A stretch of DNA of 63,901 nucleotides, the filler included, from Nitrospirae bacterium CG2_30_53_67 (GTDB taxonomy: Bacteria; CG2-30-53-67): assembly GCA_001873285.1 (NCBI GenBank). It is 6 parts of 6 records of this genome, joined end to end, with 100 filler letters (N's around TTAATTAATTAA, not from the genome) between each part and the next. Parts side by side here need not be neighbours in the genome. Positions count along the whole stretch, not along the records: positions 10,572 to 20,561 come from MNYV01000167.1; positions 20,662 to 31,115 come from MNYV01000015.1; 4 more parts are not named here. One strand, 5' to 3'. Both the position numbers and the translations under genes were made by a program. Positions 10,472 through 21,589 of the stretch are shown here, piece by piece (within the stretch, counting starts at the first letter, position 1; the number at the start of each line of letters is the position of its first letter). Under the pieces are notes generated by a model. It ran no database searches. It worked only from the letters and a program-made list of their open reading frames with translations, and was not told the DNA's origin.

Positions 10472-10571
10472 NNNNNNNNNNNNNNNNNNNNNNNNNNNNN
10501 NNNNNNNNNNNNNNNTTAATTAATTAANNNNNNNNNNNNNNNNNNNNNNNNNNNNNNNNNNNNNNNNNNNN
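10472..10571. other. Artificial contig linker; also at 20562-20661, 31116-31215, 41369-41468 and 54422-54521
   Basis: 100-nt N-run/TTAATTAATTAA/N-run with stops in all six frames. Confidence 0.98.
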
Positions 10572-10613
10572 CATTACAAGTGCCCTAACAATAAATGGGC
10601 GCTGTCCCTATTT
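10572..10613 (+). mobile_element. Partial copy of the AAATAGGGACAGC MITE
   Basis: Matches 51317-51358 apart from one base. Confidence 0.8.
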
Positions 10614-10625
10614 TTCCTATTTTTC

Positions 10626-10754
10626 CTGGTTATCGGCCATCTGGATGACCTTGTCATCGTGCCAGGCCTGGTTATTCTTGCGTTAAAATTCATACCGGAT
10701 GATGTCGTTCGGAAATGCAGGAATAAGGTGAATGAAGAACATGAGGCTATCTAA
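10626..10754 (+). pseudogene. C-terminal fragment of a DUF1232 (YkvA) protein
   Basis: LVIGHLDDLVIVPGLVILALKFIPDDVVRKCR…*; N-terminus replaced by the MITE. Confidence 0.7.
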
Positions 10755-10766
10755 AAGGTGGATTGC

Positions 10767-11135
10767 ATGAAAATGAAATGGCCAATTAAAATTATCATAC
10801 CGGTTTTTGTCGTTTCTTTGTGTCTTGCCTGTGCCTCAACACGAACACTTGAGCAGAATTTTTTGTCCATGCAAACCGGGATGTCCAGACAGAACGTTAA
10901 AAGCATCATGGGGAAGCCGGAAAGGGCCGATGTAGGCGTGGTTCCTCAACCGCCATTCTTTGGACCGCAGGAAGCTTTGCTGGGTGTGCTGAAGCCAGGT
11001 GCCTCCTTTGAGGAATGGCAATATACAGATGCGGAAAACATATATCTGATCTGGTTTGGGAGCATCAATGACGAGCCTCAGGACAAGTGGGGAGTAGTAA
11101 CAAAATTCGGATACCCCAAAGGCGCCGTATTCTAA
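10767..11135 (+). CDS. Lipoprotein, SmpA/BamE-like fold (paralog 1)
   Basis: Lipobox LAC, GMSRQNVKSIMGKP…EEWQY. Confidence 0.75.
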   Translation: MKMKWPIKIIIPVFVVSLCLACASTRTLEQNFLSMQTGMSRQNVKSIMGKPERADVGVVPQPPFFGPQEALLGVLKPGASFEEWQYTDAENIYLIWFGSINDEPQDKWGVVTKFGYPKGAVF

Positions 11136-11183
11136 GTGGTCCTGTCCGTAAATATGGTAACGTACCGGGCGGAAAGGTTCTGT

Positions 11184-11471
11184 ATGGAGAGATTGATTAA
11201 GATTGTTTTCATGGTCGGCTTTTTGCTGTTTTTTTCCCTGATCTATTTCCAACCCTTGAGAGATGCACCTGTGCCGATCTATCACGGGCTTGTCTGGTTG
11301 TCCGTTTTGATTTTTATATTGACCGGAACGGCATCGTTATTTGCCTTGATCAGCTATATGAAGCAAAAGGACAGGAAAGGAGCTTTGGGAGTCCTCTCTA
11401 CCATCCTGGTTTTCACGATATTAATCGGGTTGCTTGCGATTTATATGTCGATCGCTGTTCATCGATCATGA
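11184..11471 (+). CDS. Small three-TM membrane protein
   Basis: Three hydrophobic segments; no family recognised. Confidence 0.55.
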   Translation: MERLIKIVFMVGFLLFFSLIYFQPLRDAPVPIYHGLVWLSVLIFILTGTASLFALISYMKQKDRKGALGVLSTILVFTILIGLLAIYMSIAVHRS

Positions 11472-11710
11472 AGAAACAGAAAAAACCATCGTGCTTTGAT
11501 CCTGTGGGAGAAGTCGGATTGTAGATAAACAAAGCAGAGCCCTCTTTCAGGAACTGTGGACTGAGCAACCCTGGAGACACCTGCGGTGAAAGAGAAATAT
11601 TCATCGAGGACAAAGCAGAAAGACGAGAAGAGAGGAGAACCGACCACGCCATGAAAGGGAGATGGGATAAAGATACAACCCGCGTGACCGTCATCAGAAG
11701 GGATCTCTTA

Positions 11711-12478
11711 ATGAGGTCATGCCTGACGTTTTTCATGGCGCTGTCGGTCGTGCTTTCTCTGATGAGCCCGCCTGATCTCCTGGCCGGGGGATTGCCGCCT
11801 GATCAGAACAAGGCCCATATCGGGAAGCTCCCTCTGGTTGAACTGCCGGCTGCCGATGCGGAGAACGACATTCTGGCGATCATCCTCTCCGGCGACGGTG
11901 GATGGGCCGATCTCGACCGGGACTTCGGATATGCATTCCAGAAAATGGGGGTATCGACCATCGGCTTCGACAGCCTGAAGTATTTCTGGAAGCCGCGCAA
12001 ACCATCCGAGGTTTCGCGCGACCTGGGTGAGGTTGTGAGGTATTACATGAAGGCATGGAATAAGCAGAGCGTGCTGCTGGTCGGTTACTCCTTCGGCGCC
12101 TCCTGGCTCCCCTTTCTTGTCAACCGTCTTCCACTGGATATCCAGGCCCATGTCAGGCTGGTTGCCCTGCTGGCGCCTGGAGACTATGCCAATGTCGAGA
12201 TCCACGTTGGGGACTGGATCAGGGACGAGCGGCGCCCCGGTGCGCTAAACGTTCCGCCGGAGGCGGCGCGCATCCAGCGCCCTGTGCTCTGCGTCTATGG
12301 CGAGGAGGAAGAAAGTGAATCCATCTGTCCGGGGCTCAAGGGAGATGATGTTCACATCCTGCGTATGAAGAGCGGCCACCACTTCGGCGGTGACTACGCC
12401 ACCATAGAGAACACCATCCTGAATTTCGTGAAACCCGTTACACCTCATCCTGTCCCCATTGGAAATTTCATGCGATGA
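11711..12478 (+). CDS. AcvB/VirJ-family alpha/beta hydrolase
   Basis: SGDGGWADLD, SLKYFW, GYSFGA nucleophile elbow, GHHFGGDY. Confidence 0.92.
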   Translation: MRSCLTFFMALSVVLSLMSPPDLLAGGLPPDQNKAHIGKLPLVELPAADAENDILAIILSGDGGWADLDRDFGYAFQKMGVSTIGFDSLKYFWKPRKPSEVSRDLGEVVRYYMKAWNKQSVLLVGYSFGASWLPFLVNRLPLDIQAHVRLVALLAPGDYANVEIHVGDWIRDERRPGALNVPPEAARIQRPVLCVYGEEEESESICPGLKGDDVHILRMKSGHHFGGDYATIENTILNFVKPVTPHPVPIGNFMR

Positions 12479-12493
12479 CTTATCAACAGGTTT

Positions 12494-13561
12494 TCAGTAC
12501 CATTTTTTCTTCTTGAAATAGAACAGCATGGCCGATGTGACCCCGATGATCACCATCCAGGTGAGAAGATATCCATAACGCCATTTCAGTTCCGGCATGT
12601 ATTCGAAATTCATTCCGTAAACACCAACGATGAACGTAGTGGGAATGAACAGGGTGGCGATGACGGTCAAGACCTTCATGACCTCGTTCATTTTGTTGCT
12701 GATGCTCGACAGGTAGAGGTCGAGCATACCCGAGGTCATGTCACGGAATATCTCGATGGTATCCATGGCCTGGATGGTATGGTCGTACACGTCCCGGAGG
12801 AAGATCCCGGTGGACTCCTTGATCAGGGGGGATTCGCCTCTCTCAAGGCTGTTCACAACCTCCCGGAGAGGCCAGACCGACTTCCGTAACAGGATCATCT
12901 CTTTCTTCAGGCCGTGGATCGCATGCATGGTTTCCGTCCTGGGGGCGCTTACCAGCACTTCTTCAATCTCCTCGATCCACTCTCCGATATGCTCCAGGAT
13001 CAAGAAGTAGCTGTCTACCACGGCATCGATCAGGGAGTAAGCCAGATAGTCGGCTCCCATCTTCCGGATTTTCATGTTTGATTTCCGGATCCTTTCCCGG
13101 ATGGGATTGAAGACGTCCCTTTCTTTCTCCTCCTGAAAGGAGATCACGAAGTTTGAACCGAGCACCAGGCTGACCTGTTCGGTCTCAATCCGGTGGGCTG
13201 CCTTGTCCCAGTAAAGCATCTTCATGACGATAAATATATATTCAGGGAAATCCTCCATCTTCGGCCGCTGTTCCGTATTCACGATGTCCTCGAGGGTCAG
13301 GGCATGCAGTTTAAAAAGCTGCCCGATCTTTTCTATGATCTTAAGATCATGAACGCCGTCTATGTTGATCCATGTGACCGTCGGCCTCTCCTTGAAGGGT
13401 AGGCATTCTTCAACCGTTTGAGCTTCTTTCTCTTCTAATTGTGTTTCATTATAATCCATGATTGTAATTTTAAGCTTCTCCGTTTTTTTCTCGCCTATGT
13501 GGACCAGGGTTCCCGGCGGGAGTCCGGCCTTTTGAGATCTTTTCTTGGTTATTTTAGACAT
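12494..13561 (-). CDS. corA: Magnesium/cobalt transporter CorA
   Basis: GLPPGTLVHIG, YGMNFEYMPEL (GMN/MPEL), two C-terminal TMs. Confidence 0.97.
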   Translation of the reverse strand: MSKITKKRSQKAGLPPGTLVHIGEKKTEKLKITIMDYNETQLEEKEAQTVEECLPFKERPTVTWINIDGVHDLKIIEKIGQLFKLHALTLEDIVNTEQRPKMEDFPEYIFIVMKMLYWDKAAHRIETEQVSLVLGSNFVISFQEEKERDVFNPIRERIRKSNMKIRKMGADYLAYSLIDAVVDSYFLILEHIGEWIEEIEEVLVSAPRTETMHAIHGLKKEMILLRKSVWPLREVVNSLERGESPLIKESTGIFLRDVYDHTIQAMDTIEIFRDMTSGMLDLYLSSISNKMNEVMKVLTVIATLFIPTTFIVGVYGMNFEYMPELKWRYGYLLTWMVIIGVTSAMLFYFKKKKWY

Positions 13562-13575
13562 GGCCCCCTCCTCTT

Positions 13576-14789
13576 TCAGCGCAGAATGCAGTCAACTTTT
13601 TTTTCAGTCTCTTTATTGACGAATACGATGAATATAACAAATAATATGGCCGAAAGGGAAGCGGTTATTGCTCCAAAATAGAAAGTAGCCGATGGTGAAA
13701 TATGATCCCAGAGCCAACCGCCGATAAGGCTGGCGGGGAGCATGGCAAGGCCGACGGCAGTGGTATAGACACCGAAGGCCGTTGCCTTGAAGTCCGTCGG
13801 GATGATCGTGGCGAGAAACGCCTTCTGAATCCCCTCGGTCAATCCCATAAAGAGACCATAGAACCCGAACAGTATCCAGATGGCTTTTGTGCTCGATGCG
13901 GCTGCAAAGCCATAATAGAGTATAGTAAAGAGCACGAACCCCAGGAGGATGATCCTCTTTCTGCCGAACCGGTCTGCTGCCATCCCTGCAGGAACGGCTG
14001 AGAGCGAATACACGAGATTGAAGATCAGATAGACCACGGGAATCGTGACTGCCGGGATCCCGACCTGCTCCGCCCGAAGGATCAGGAAAACATCGCTTGA
14101 GTTGCCGACGGCGAAGAGGGCGGCAATGATGACAAAAAACTTGAACTTCCAGTCGAAATGCTTGAGCGTCAGCTTCGGCCTCTCCGACTGCGCAGCAGCG
14201 GTTTTTTTCTTTTCCGTGATGAAAAAGATGATGATCAGCACGGCAACGGTTCCCGGTATCATTGAGAGCCAGAAGACCTTGCGATAATCATTCGAAAAGA
14301 TACCGAGAAAGAAAAAAGCCAGCGCAGGCCCGACAACAGCGCCCATGGTGTCCATGCAGCGGTGAAAGCCGAATGCCCGCCCGAGGCGCGACTTTTCCGT
14401 GGACTCGGCGATGATGGCGTCGCGCGGCGCGGTACGGATCCCCTTGCCGAACCGGTCCATGAATCTCGATCCCATCACCTGATGCCATCCCGTTGCCGGC
14501 GCAATGATCGGCCTGCTGAGTGTGGAGATGCCGTACCCGGCAGCCATGAGCCATTTGCGGTTCCCGATCCGGTCCGAGAACCAGCCGGAAAAAACCCTGA
14601 GCAGACTGGCGGTGGATTCTGCAACCCCTTCGATCAGACCGATCACCGATTTATTCACTCCCAGGACGTTTGACAGAAAAAGCGGAATAAGCGGATAGAT
14701 CATCTCGGAGCTTAAGTCCATGAAAAAACTCACCAGCCCGGCGAAGAAAACATTCTTTCCGAAGCCGAAAAACATTTTGTCTTTTTTCA

Positions 14790-14790
<1 letters not shown>
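13576..14790 (-). CDS. MFS transporter
   Basis: About 12 TMs, GWFSDRIGNRK and ADRFGRKR motifs. Confidence 0.93.
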
Positions 14791-15862
<1,072 letters not shown>

Positions 15863-16187
15863 TTATCTCCTTCTTAATCATTATTATTGAAATCTTCATC
15901 ATGCAATCTCCTCAATCCTGGAGTAGAGCGTCGTCAGGAACCCGTTGATCTTCGGCGTTATGTGTTCGAGATGGTCGCGTGTTTCGGCAACAAAGCAGTC
16001 GTGTCTGCCTCTTTAAGTTTGTACCCATGTTCCGGATGGGCACGGGCCATATTCTCATTCCGCTCGCCGCTTCTCAGTGCTTCTTTCAGCAGTCTTGAAA
16101 GAGGCGGCCTGTTTGCATAGCGCTGGGAATGTGGAATCTCTTTTGGGCGGGCCTGGGTTTGCCGCTGAACGGACTTAGAACTCTAAA

Positions 16188-17969
16188 CTATGACCCCAAA
16201 TGATGCGGATCCGGATGCCGGCCGGAACGATCCAGTATCCGGAGCGCCCGTTCTTTCAAGGCATACAGATGATCCAGATCCGTCCGGATCTCAGTCTCAC
16301 GTTTAGCCGCTTCTTCCTTGCCCTTTTCTTTGCGGGCGATCCCCCGCTGAACCGCATTCCGAATCTCTTGGATCGTCTCGTCAATCTTGGCGAACATCAC
16401 CCAGCGGACCTCCAGTTTGCTCTTCTGAAGTCTTTCCACAAAGTCCCAGCGGATCCGGCCCGATTGCTGCTCGATCATGGCGGCGAGATAACGCCTCATG
16501 CTTCTCGCGATGATGGGATGGCTCAGGAAGCGGGGCATCATGGTGGTCAGCGCATTTCCAAGGATTTCCACCATGATCGGTTCATCCTTGAAGATGAAAT
16601 AGAAAGAGGATTTCATGGTCCACAGGGATTCCGCATCAAAGGTCTCAAAACCCACGGAAAAAAGATCGGAGGCATAGTGCAGAAGAGCATCTATGATCTC
16701 ATTGATCCTGGTCACGAACCGTTCGCATCCCTTCTCAAACGCCATGGAGATCTTGGTGTCTTCGTTCTTCCGGAATACCGTGTCATACTCCTTGACCTGG
16801 TGGACAACAAATTCTTCAAGGGCCTTTCTCAGCTTTCCGGGTGAAAGGCTTCTGTTTCGGGCGTAGAAATCCTCGAAGGCGGGACCGAGGCCTTGGGCCA
16901 GATCTTTCTTGGCCGCATTCAGGTCCGGGTCCAGGATCTTTTCAATGATCCGCTTGGTCTCTCCTTCGAGGAGAATCTCAAAATCATTCTTGTCGGCCTC
17001 GATCTCCCTTTGTTTTTCTTCAAAGGTGTCCAGTTTTTTCTGGATCAATTCCAGGGGGGTATTCATGGACTTGTATTCCAGTTCCGCCCTGAGGATGGCC
17101 TCGGAGAGGACCTTAAGAAGATTTTTAGCGGCCGAACGGATCAGGATCCCTCCCTTCTCTTCCACAAGGAACCTGTGCAGCCTCTCTTCGAATACCGTGA
17201 GACGGCTCGCTTCGAGGGCCGCCGGGTCCCGGTTCAATTTCCCCTCCAGTCCGAGCCTGGCGGAGAGGGGATAGACCTCGATGGTTTCGTATCCCGCCTC
17301 ATCCTGGAGGACTCTTCCCGTAAAGGCAAGAGACTCCTTGAGATCTTCGGGTGTGAGGTAATCGGCCTTGTTCTGGATGAAGAATATCCGGTCCGAGTAC
17401 TGCTTGACATCCTTGAGAAAATCCAGTTCGGCCTTGCTCAGCGGCTGGTCCACCGAAATCAGGAAGACCGCCGCATCGGAGCGCGGGAGATATTCATAGG
17501 CTACGTCCGTATTGTGCTGGTACACGGAACCGACCCCCGGCGTGTCGATGAGCCGCACACCCTCCCGAAGATACGGCGACGGATACTGGATGCTCACCTC
17601 GGCCACATCCCGCTTATTCCTGGGGTTGCCGCTCTCGGTCACGTAGAGGGGAAGCTCCTCCAGCGGGATTTCCTTGTTCTCTCCATTGTTCAGGAAGACC
17701 TTGATCGTCACGGAGTCCCCGTATTCAATCACGGTCACAATGGAGGTCAGCGGGACCACGGCCGTGGGAAGCAGGTCGGCGCCGAGGAGGGCATTGATGA
17801 AGGTGGTCTTGCCGCGCTTGAACTGCCCGACCACAACGAGATTGAAACGGTTCTCCATGAGTTTTCGGCGCAGGTCGCTGCATGGACACTCGGGAACCGC
17901 TTCCACTGTGGAGACCTCGTCAATAGTCCGGATCATTTCGTCACGGAGTCCGGCAAAATCTTCGTTCAT
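16188..17969 (-). CDS. Dynamin-like GTPase
   Basis: G1 GQFKRGKT, G3 DTPG, G4 NKAD, SAR, long helical C-terminus. Confidence 0.9.
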   Translation of the reverse strand: MNEDFAGLRDEMIRTIDEVSTVEAVPECPCSDLRRKLMENRFNLVVVGQFKRGKTTFINALLGADLLPTAVVPLTSIVTVIEYGDSVTIKVFLNNGENKEIPLEELPLYVTESGNPRNKRDVAEVSIQYPSPYLREGVRLIDTPGVGSVYQHNTDVAYEYLPRSDAAVFLISVDQPLSKAELDFLKDVKQYSDRIFFIQNKADYLTPEDLKESLAFTGRVLQDEAGYETIEVYPLSARLGLEGKLNRDPAALEASRLTVFEERLHRFLVEEKGGILIRSAAKNLLKVLSEAILRAELEYKSMNTPLELIQKKLDTFEEKQREIEADKNDFEILLEGETKRIIEKILDPDLNAAKKDLAQGLGPAFEDFYARNRSLSPGKLRKALEEFVVHQVKEYDTVFRKNEDTKISMAFEKGCERFVTRINEIIDALLHYASDLFSVGFETFDAESLWTMKSSFYFIFKDEPIMVEILGNALTTMMPRFLSHPIIARSMRRYLAAMIEQQSGRIRWDFVERLQKSKLEVRWVMFAKIDETIQEIRNAVQRGIARKEKGKEEAAKRETEIRTDLDHLYALKERALRILDRSGRHPDPHHLGS

Positions 17970-17992
17970 GGTTGATCTCCTTCAGACCGCCT

Positions 17993-18418
17993 CTATTTCA
18001 CGATCATTACCGTGCAGGGAGAATAGGTCGAGACTCTTTTCGAGACTGAACCAAGAAGCCAGCTCTTTATCTTGGATTTACCCCGCTGTCCCACGATCAC
18101 CATATCACAATTCTTTTCTTTCGCATATCTCACGATTTGATCGGCAGGATGTCCTACAACAACTTCCGTCTTGATTTCAAGATTCCTCTCTTTTGCTTTT
18201 TCCCTGAGCTTTTCGAAAAGTCCCTCATAATGCTGCGTCGCGCTGTCAATGATCGCATCCACCTCGACGATGTCGGCAGGCTCCGGAGGCTGTGCGACTG
18301 AAAGCACGGTGATCTCAGGGGCGGCGACAGGGCAGAGTTTCGACATATTAAGGGCAAACTCAAACGCTTTATAGGATTGAGGTGAACCGTCAAATGCAAT
18401 GAGTATTTTCTTAAACAT
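17993..18418 (-). CDS. Universal stress protein
   Basis: ILIAFDGS, GHPADQI, GQRGKS…LLGSVS. Confidence 0.93.
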   Translation of the reverse strand: MFKKILIAFDGSPQSYKAFEFALNMSKLCPVAAPEITVLSVAQPPEPADIVEVDAIIDSATQHYEGLFEKLREKAKERNLEIKTEVVVGHPADQIVRYAKEKNCDMVIVGQRGKSKIKSWLLGSVSKRVSTYSPCTVMIVK

Positions 18419-18431
18419 GATGACCTCCTTT

Positions 18432-19640
18432 TTATTCAGGGCTGCCGCCCGGTGAAATTTCCAAAGATCCATCCGGCGCTTCCTCGGGTCTCCCTTCCGG
18501 CAGCAGATATTTTGGAATAAAGAATGCGTTTGCGATCAGTGTCGGCACTACGGCGCTCCCGATAACAACCACAACGAGAAGTGAATACTGGGATTGATCT
18601 ATGATCCCATGGTTCAGACCGAAAAGGGCGGAAATGGAGCCGAAGGTCAAGCCGGTGGACATGAGAAGCGTGGTGTAAATCCCTTCCTTTTGCGCATATC
18701 TATAAAATCTTGTTGCAGGGTAAACTCCTATGACCTTGGTGACCATCTTTGTCATGAAGAGAACGAGAAGCGCCATTGGAGCTGCAAAAACAGCCGGGAC
18801 AGATACATAGGAACCTGCCCTGATAAAGTAAAAAGGGGTAAGAAGACCAAAGGTCAGCGTTCGTAATCTCCGGATAAGAACATGATCTTTGCCGACCGTT
18901 CCTGCAAGCGCCATCCCTACGACATAGGCCGGCAGCACGGCTTCACTGTCCGACCATACGGCCAGCGAGCCGAGCCCGAACAGTATGAGAAGGAGATACT
19001 TGGCTTCAGGCTCAGACGGCCTCCCCCCGTATTTTTTGAAAAACCTCGGGGTGAGGTAGGGAAGGGCGACAAAGGCAGTGATGCTGACGGCAGCAAAGAT
19101 TAACGTCCTGCCTGTAAAGGGCGCAAATATCAGGCCGAGCGATATGACCGTGCCGAGATCGGTGATAAAGCATGCAGCCAGGACCGTTTTCCCGAACTCC
19201 GTCTTGTTCAGCCCCAGTTCGAGCATGACCGCATAAACCACTGCTACCGATGTCGTGGAGAGCGCAACCCCGGCAAGCCAGCTCGCCCTGACCGTCCAGT
19301 TCAGCAGATAATAGGCAACAGCGGCACATCCGAGGAAAGGGGCAAAGAATGAGACAAGGCCTATTGCGGTTGCCTCTTTCCATTTTGCTTTGAACACCGC
19401 CGGGTCCAGCTCAGCGCCTGCAAGAAAGGTCAATACGATAGCGCCTGTTCCCGATAAGAACTTGATCCACGGCAAATCGGCGCCAAGCGTCGTTCCAATA
19501 AGAGCCGCTATGACTAATTGTGCGACCGTGCCGACAAGGATTTCAGAAAGAGCGGTTGCAATTCGAAACCAGATGGAAAGTAAAGTGGCGATCAAGGCAA
19601 GTCCTATCCATAGCGCCGCCATTCCCCAGACTTCATGCAT
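18432..19640 (-). CDS. Cation:proton antiporter (CPA2 / Na_H_Exchanger)
   Basis: About 12 TMs, FLAGAELD, LSTTSVAVV, CFITD. Confidence 0.9.
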   Translation of the reverse strand: MHEVWGMAALWIGLALIATLLSIWFRIATALSEILVGTVAQLVIAALIGTTLGADLPWIKFLSGTGAIVLTFLAGAELDPAVFKAKWKEATAIGLVSFFAPFLGCAAVAYYLLNWTVRASWLAGVALSTTSVAVVYAVMLELGLNKTEFGKTVLAACFITDLGTVISLGLIFAPFTGRTLIFAAVSITAFVALPYLTPRFFKKYGGRPSEPEAKYLLLILFGLGSLAVWSDSEAVLPAYVVGMALAGTVGKDHVLIRRLRTLTFGLLTPFYFIRAGSYVSVPAVFAAPMALLVLFMTKMVTKVIGVYPATRFYRYAQKEGIYTTLLMSTGLTFGSISALFGLNHGIIDQSQYSLLVVVVIGSAVVPTLIANAFFIPKYLLPEGRPEEAPDGSLEISPGGSPE

Positions 19641-19662
19641 GGGATCTCTCCTTTCAGGGCAT

Positions 19663-19695
19663 AAAAAAATCCTACCCTTCGCTCTAAAGAGTAGG
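19663..19695 (-). terminator. Intrinsic terminator, expression platform of the fluoride riboswitch
   Basis: Minus strand CCTACTCTTTAGAGCGAAGGGTAGG followed by ATTTTTTT; overlaps the aptamer 3' CCTAC. Confidence 0.85.
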
Positions 19696-19743
19696 AGTCA
19701 TCAGCTTCGTTTGGGGAAGCAGTCAACGGCGAACTCCATCGCC
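19691..19743 (-). ncRNA. Fluoride riboswitch (crcB motif)
   Basis: GGCGATGGAGTTCGCC…GCTTC-CCCAAAC-GAAGCTGATGACTCCTAC: P1, P2 and GGAGTT/GACTCC pseudoknot all present; TTGACA promoter box at 19779-19784. Confidence 0.95.
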
Positions 19744-19838
19744 GACTTTTTTTAAACATATCAAAACAAAAGATGTCCTGTCAATAAAAATCAAATCCCT
19801 TCCCGGCTGGTCTAAAATGGGATATCGCAATAACCGTT

Positions 19839-20324
19839 TCACCCGCGTTTGTATCCGAATTTCCGAAGAAGGTCCAGGCGGGAGGCCTTGTCTTTCTCCT
19901 GCTCCACCCCTTTGGGCGGTGAGCCGTCAATGACCCCTATGATGCCTCTACCCTGGCCGGTCTCCGCGATCACCGCCTCCGCAGGATTGGCCGTGGCGCA
20001 GAAGATCGTGCAGACCTCGGGGCAGCTCTTCACGGCGTTTAAGACATTGATGGGGAAGGCATCCTTCATGACGATGATGAAGGTATGCCCCGCTGCGATC
20101 TTCTGCATGTTGCCGACGGCGGCCTTGATCAGTTCGGGATCATTTCCATCGCTCCGGATCAGGCATTCAGCCGATGCCTCGGAGAAGGCCAGACCGAAAC
20201 GGCAGGAGGGGACCTGGCCCACCATGACCTCGTAGAGGTCCTCCACGGTCTTGATGAAGTGCGTCTGCCCCAGAATGATATTGCAGTCCTTGGGAATGTC
20301 GAGTTTCACGGTTGAGAGATCCAT
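19839..20324 (-). CDS. Adenosine-specific kinase family (DUF355) protein
   Basis: ILGQTHFIKTVEDL, FGLAFSEAS, FCATANP, GRGIIGVIDG. Confidence 0.88.
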   Translation of the reverse strand: MDLSTVKLDIPKDCNIILGQTHFIKTVEDLYEVMVGQVPSCRFGLAFSEASAECLIRSDGNDPELIKAAVGNMQKIAAGHTFIIVMKDAFPINVLNAVKSCPEVCTIFCATANPAEAVIAETGQGRGIIGVIDGSPPKGVEQEKDKASRLDLLRKFGYKRG

Positions 20325-20502
20325 GCATACCTCCTTGCCCTGTAGTTTAACATGTTACCCATGTCCATAGGTTCATTTGTTACCTATGTCAGCATGTTGT
20401 ACCGGCTGAAAAAGCCCTGAACCGGTATCACTTTAACAGGGTCCTTTTGATTTTGCAAGGCGCTGTGGTCACCTAAATTCCGCGATAGAAATTCCAAAAT
20501 TA

Positions 20503-20542
20503 TTCCCTCTCCCTTGATGGGAGAGGGCAGGGTGAGGGTGAA
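20503..20542. repeat. REP-like palindrome (CCCTCTCCC…GGGAGAGGG); related copy at 54253-54318
   Basis: TTCCCTCTCCCTTGATGGGAGAGGGCAGGGTGAGGGTGAA. Confidence 0.65.
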
Positions 20543-20661
20543 TCGTTTTCACCTTTAAGGTNNNNNNNNNNNNNNNNNNNNNNNNNNNNNNNNNNNNNNN
20601 NNNNNTTAATTAATTAANNNNNNNNNNNNNNNNNNNNNNNNNNNNNNNNNNNNNNNNNNNN

Positions 20662-21218
20662 GCCGCGATGAGCCGGCCGAATTCATCAGGGATGGCATAC
20701 CCGACCGTGTCAGGGATATTGACCGTGGCGGCCCCGACCGCGATAACCGCCTCGATCACCCGGCAGAGATAGTCGAGGTCCGAACGGGCCGCGTCCTCGG
20801 CCGAAAACTCCACATCGCCGGTATATTTCCTTGCTCGCTCGACAGCCCAGACCGCCCGTTTCAGCGCCTCTTCCCGGCTCATCTTGAGCTTGAACTTGAG
20901 GTGCAGGTCCGATGTCGCAATGAAGGTGTGAATCCTCGGATGCTCGGCCTCTTTGACCGCTTCCCAGGCCGCATCGATGTCCTTTTCCAGCGCCCTGGCC
21001 AGGCCGCAGATGACCGGCCCTCGGACCTTGCGGGCAATCTCACGGACCGCCTCAAAATCCCCGGGAGAGGCCACAGGAAACCCGGCCTCGATCACGTCAA
21101 CCTTAAGGGCGGCCAGTTGATGGGCCACACGGATCTTTTCCTCGATGTTCATGCTGCATCCCGGGGACTGCTCCCCGTCCCTCAGGGTCGTATCGAAAAT
21201 GCGGACGATGTCGTTCAT
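20662..21218 (-). CDS. leuA: 2-isopropylmalate synthase, 5' part (cut by contig end)
   Basis: [32 protein letters not shown]. Confidence 0.95.
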
Positions 21219-21248
21219 CAGATTTACCCTCTCACTCCCCAAGTTCTT

Positions 21249-21276
21249 AAATCCGAAATCCTAATATCTAAATCCT
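21249..21276 (+). repeat. Heptamer tandem repeat x4
   Basis: AAATCCG AAATCCT AATATCT AAATCCT. Confidence 0.6.
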
Positions 21277-21292
21277 ATGCTCGATTGCAAAT

Positions 21293-21567
21293 AAAAAACC
21301 CCCGTCTCAAGCCTTTTTAAAAGCCAGGGACGAGGGCTGAAAATTTCCCACGTGGTACCACCCTGTTTCAGTGAGCCAGGGACCCGACCCCGGTCACCCT
21401 TATTTCCGGCAGGATGACGGCCGCCAGCCGGCGAAGACTACGGCTGTCCTGATCAACAGGTTCACCTTCGCGACTCCGAGGCGAGTTCAGGGCGCCCTGC
21501 GCCGGCTCGCAGCATCCGCCGGCTCTCTAAGGCAGGGGGGAACCCTTACTACTCCTCTTCACAGTTT
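21293..21567 (-). ncRNA. Leu-specific T-box leader with terminator
   Basis: AGAGA bulge, GCTG distal loop, specifier GAA-CTC (21488-21483), T-box AGGGTGGTACCACG (21364-21351), antiterminator CGTCCCT, terminator plus U-run. Confidence 0.93.
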
Positions 21568-21589
21568 TTACCCTATACTACTACAAAAC

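Noticed and set aside
10472..10571. Repeated TTAATTAATTAA motif within N-runs
   Set aside because: Artificial contig linker; ORFs ending in it (leuA, ndvB, 4Fe-4S protein) are assembly-truncated, not pseudogenes.
10758..11135. Lipoprotein paralogs as a DGR template/variable pair
   Set aside because: Differences involve all bases and span the whole gene, as in ordinary divergence.
20340..20400. Weak 9-mer periodicity (CATGTTACC-like)
   Set aside because: Too degenerate to separate from chance by eye.
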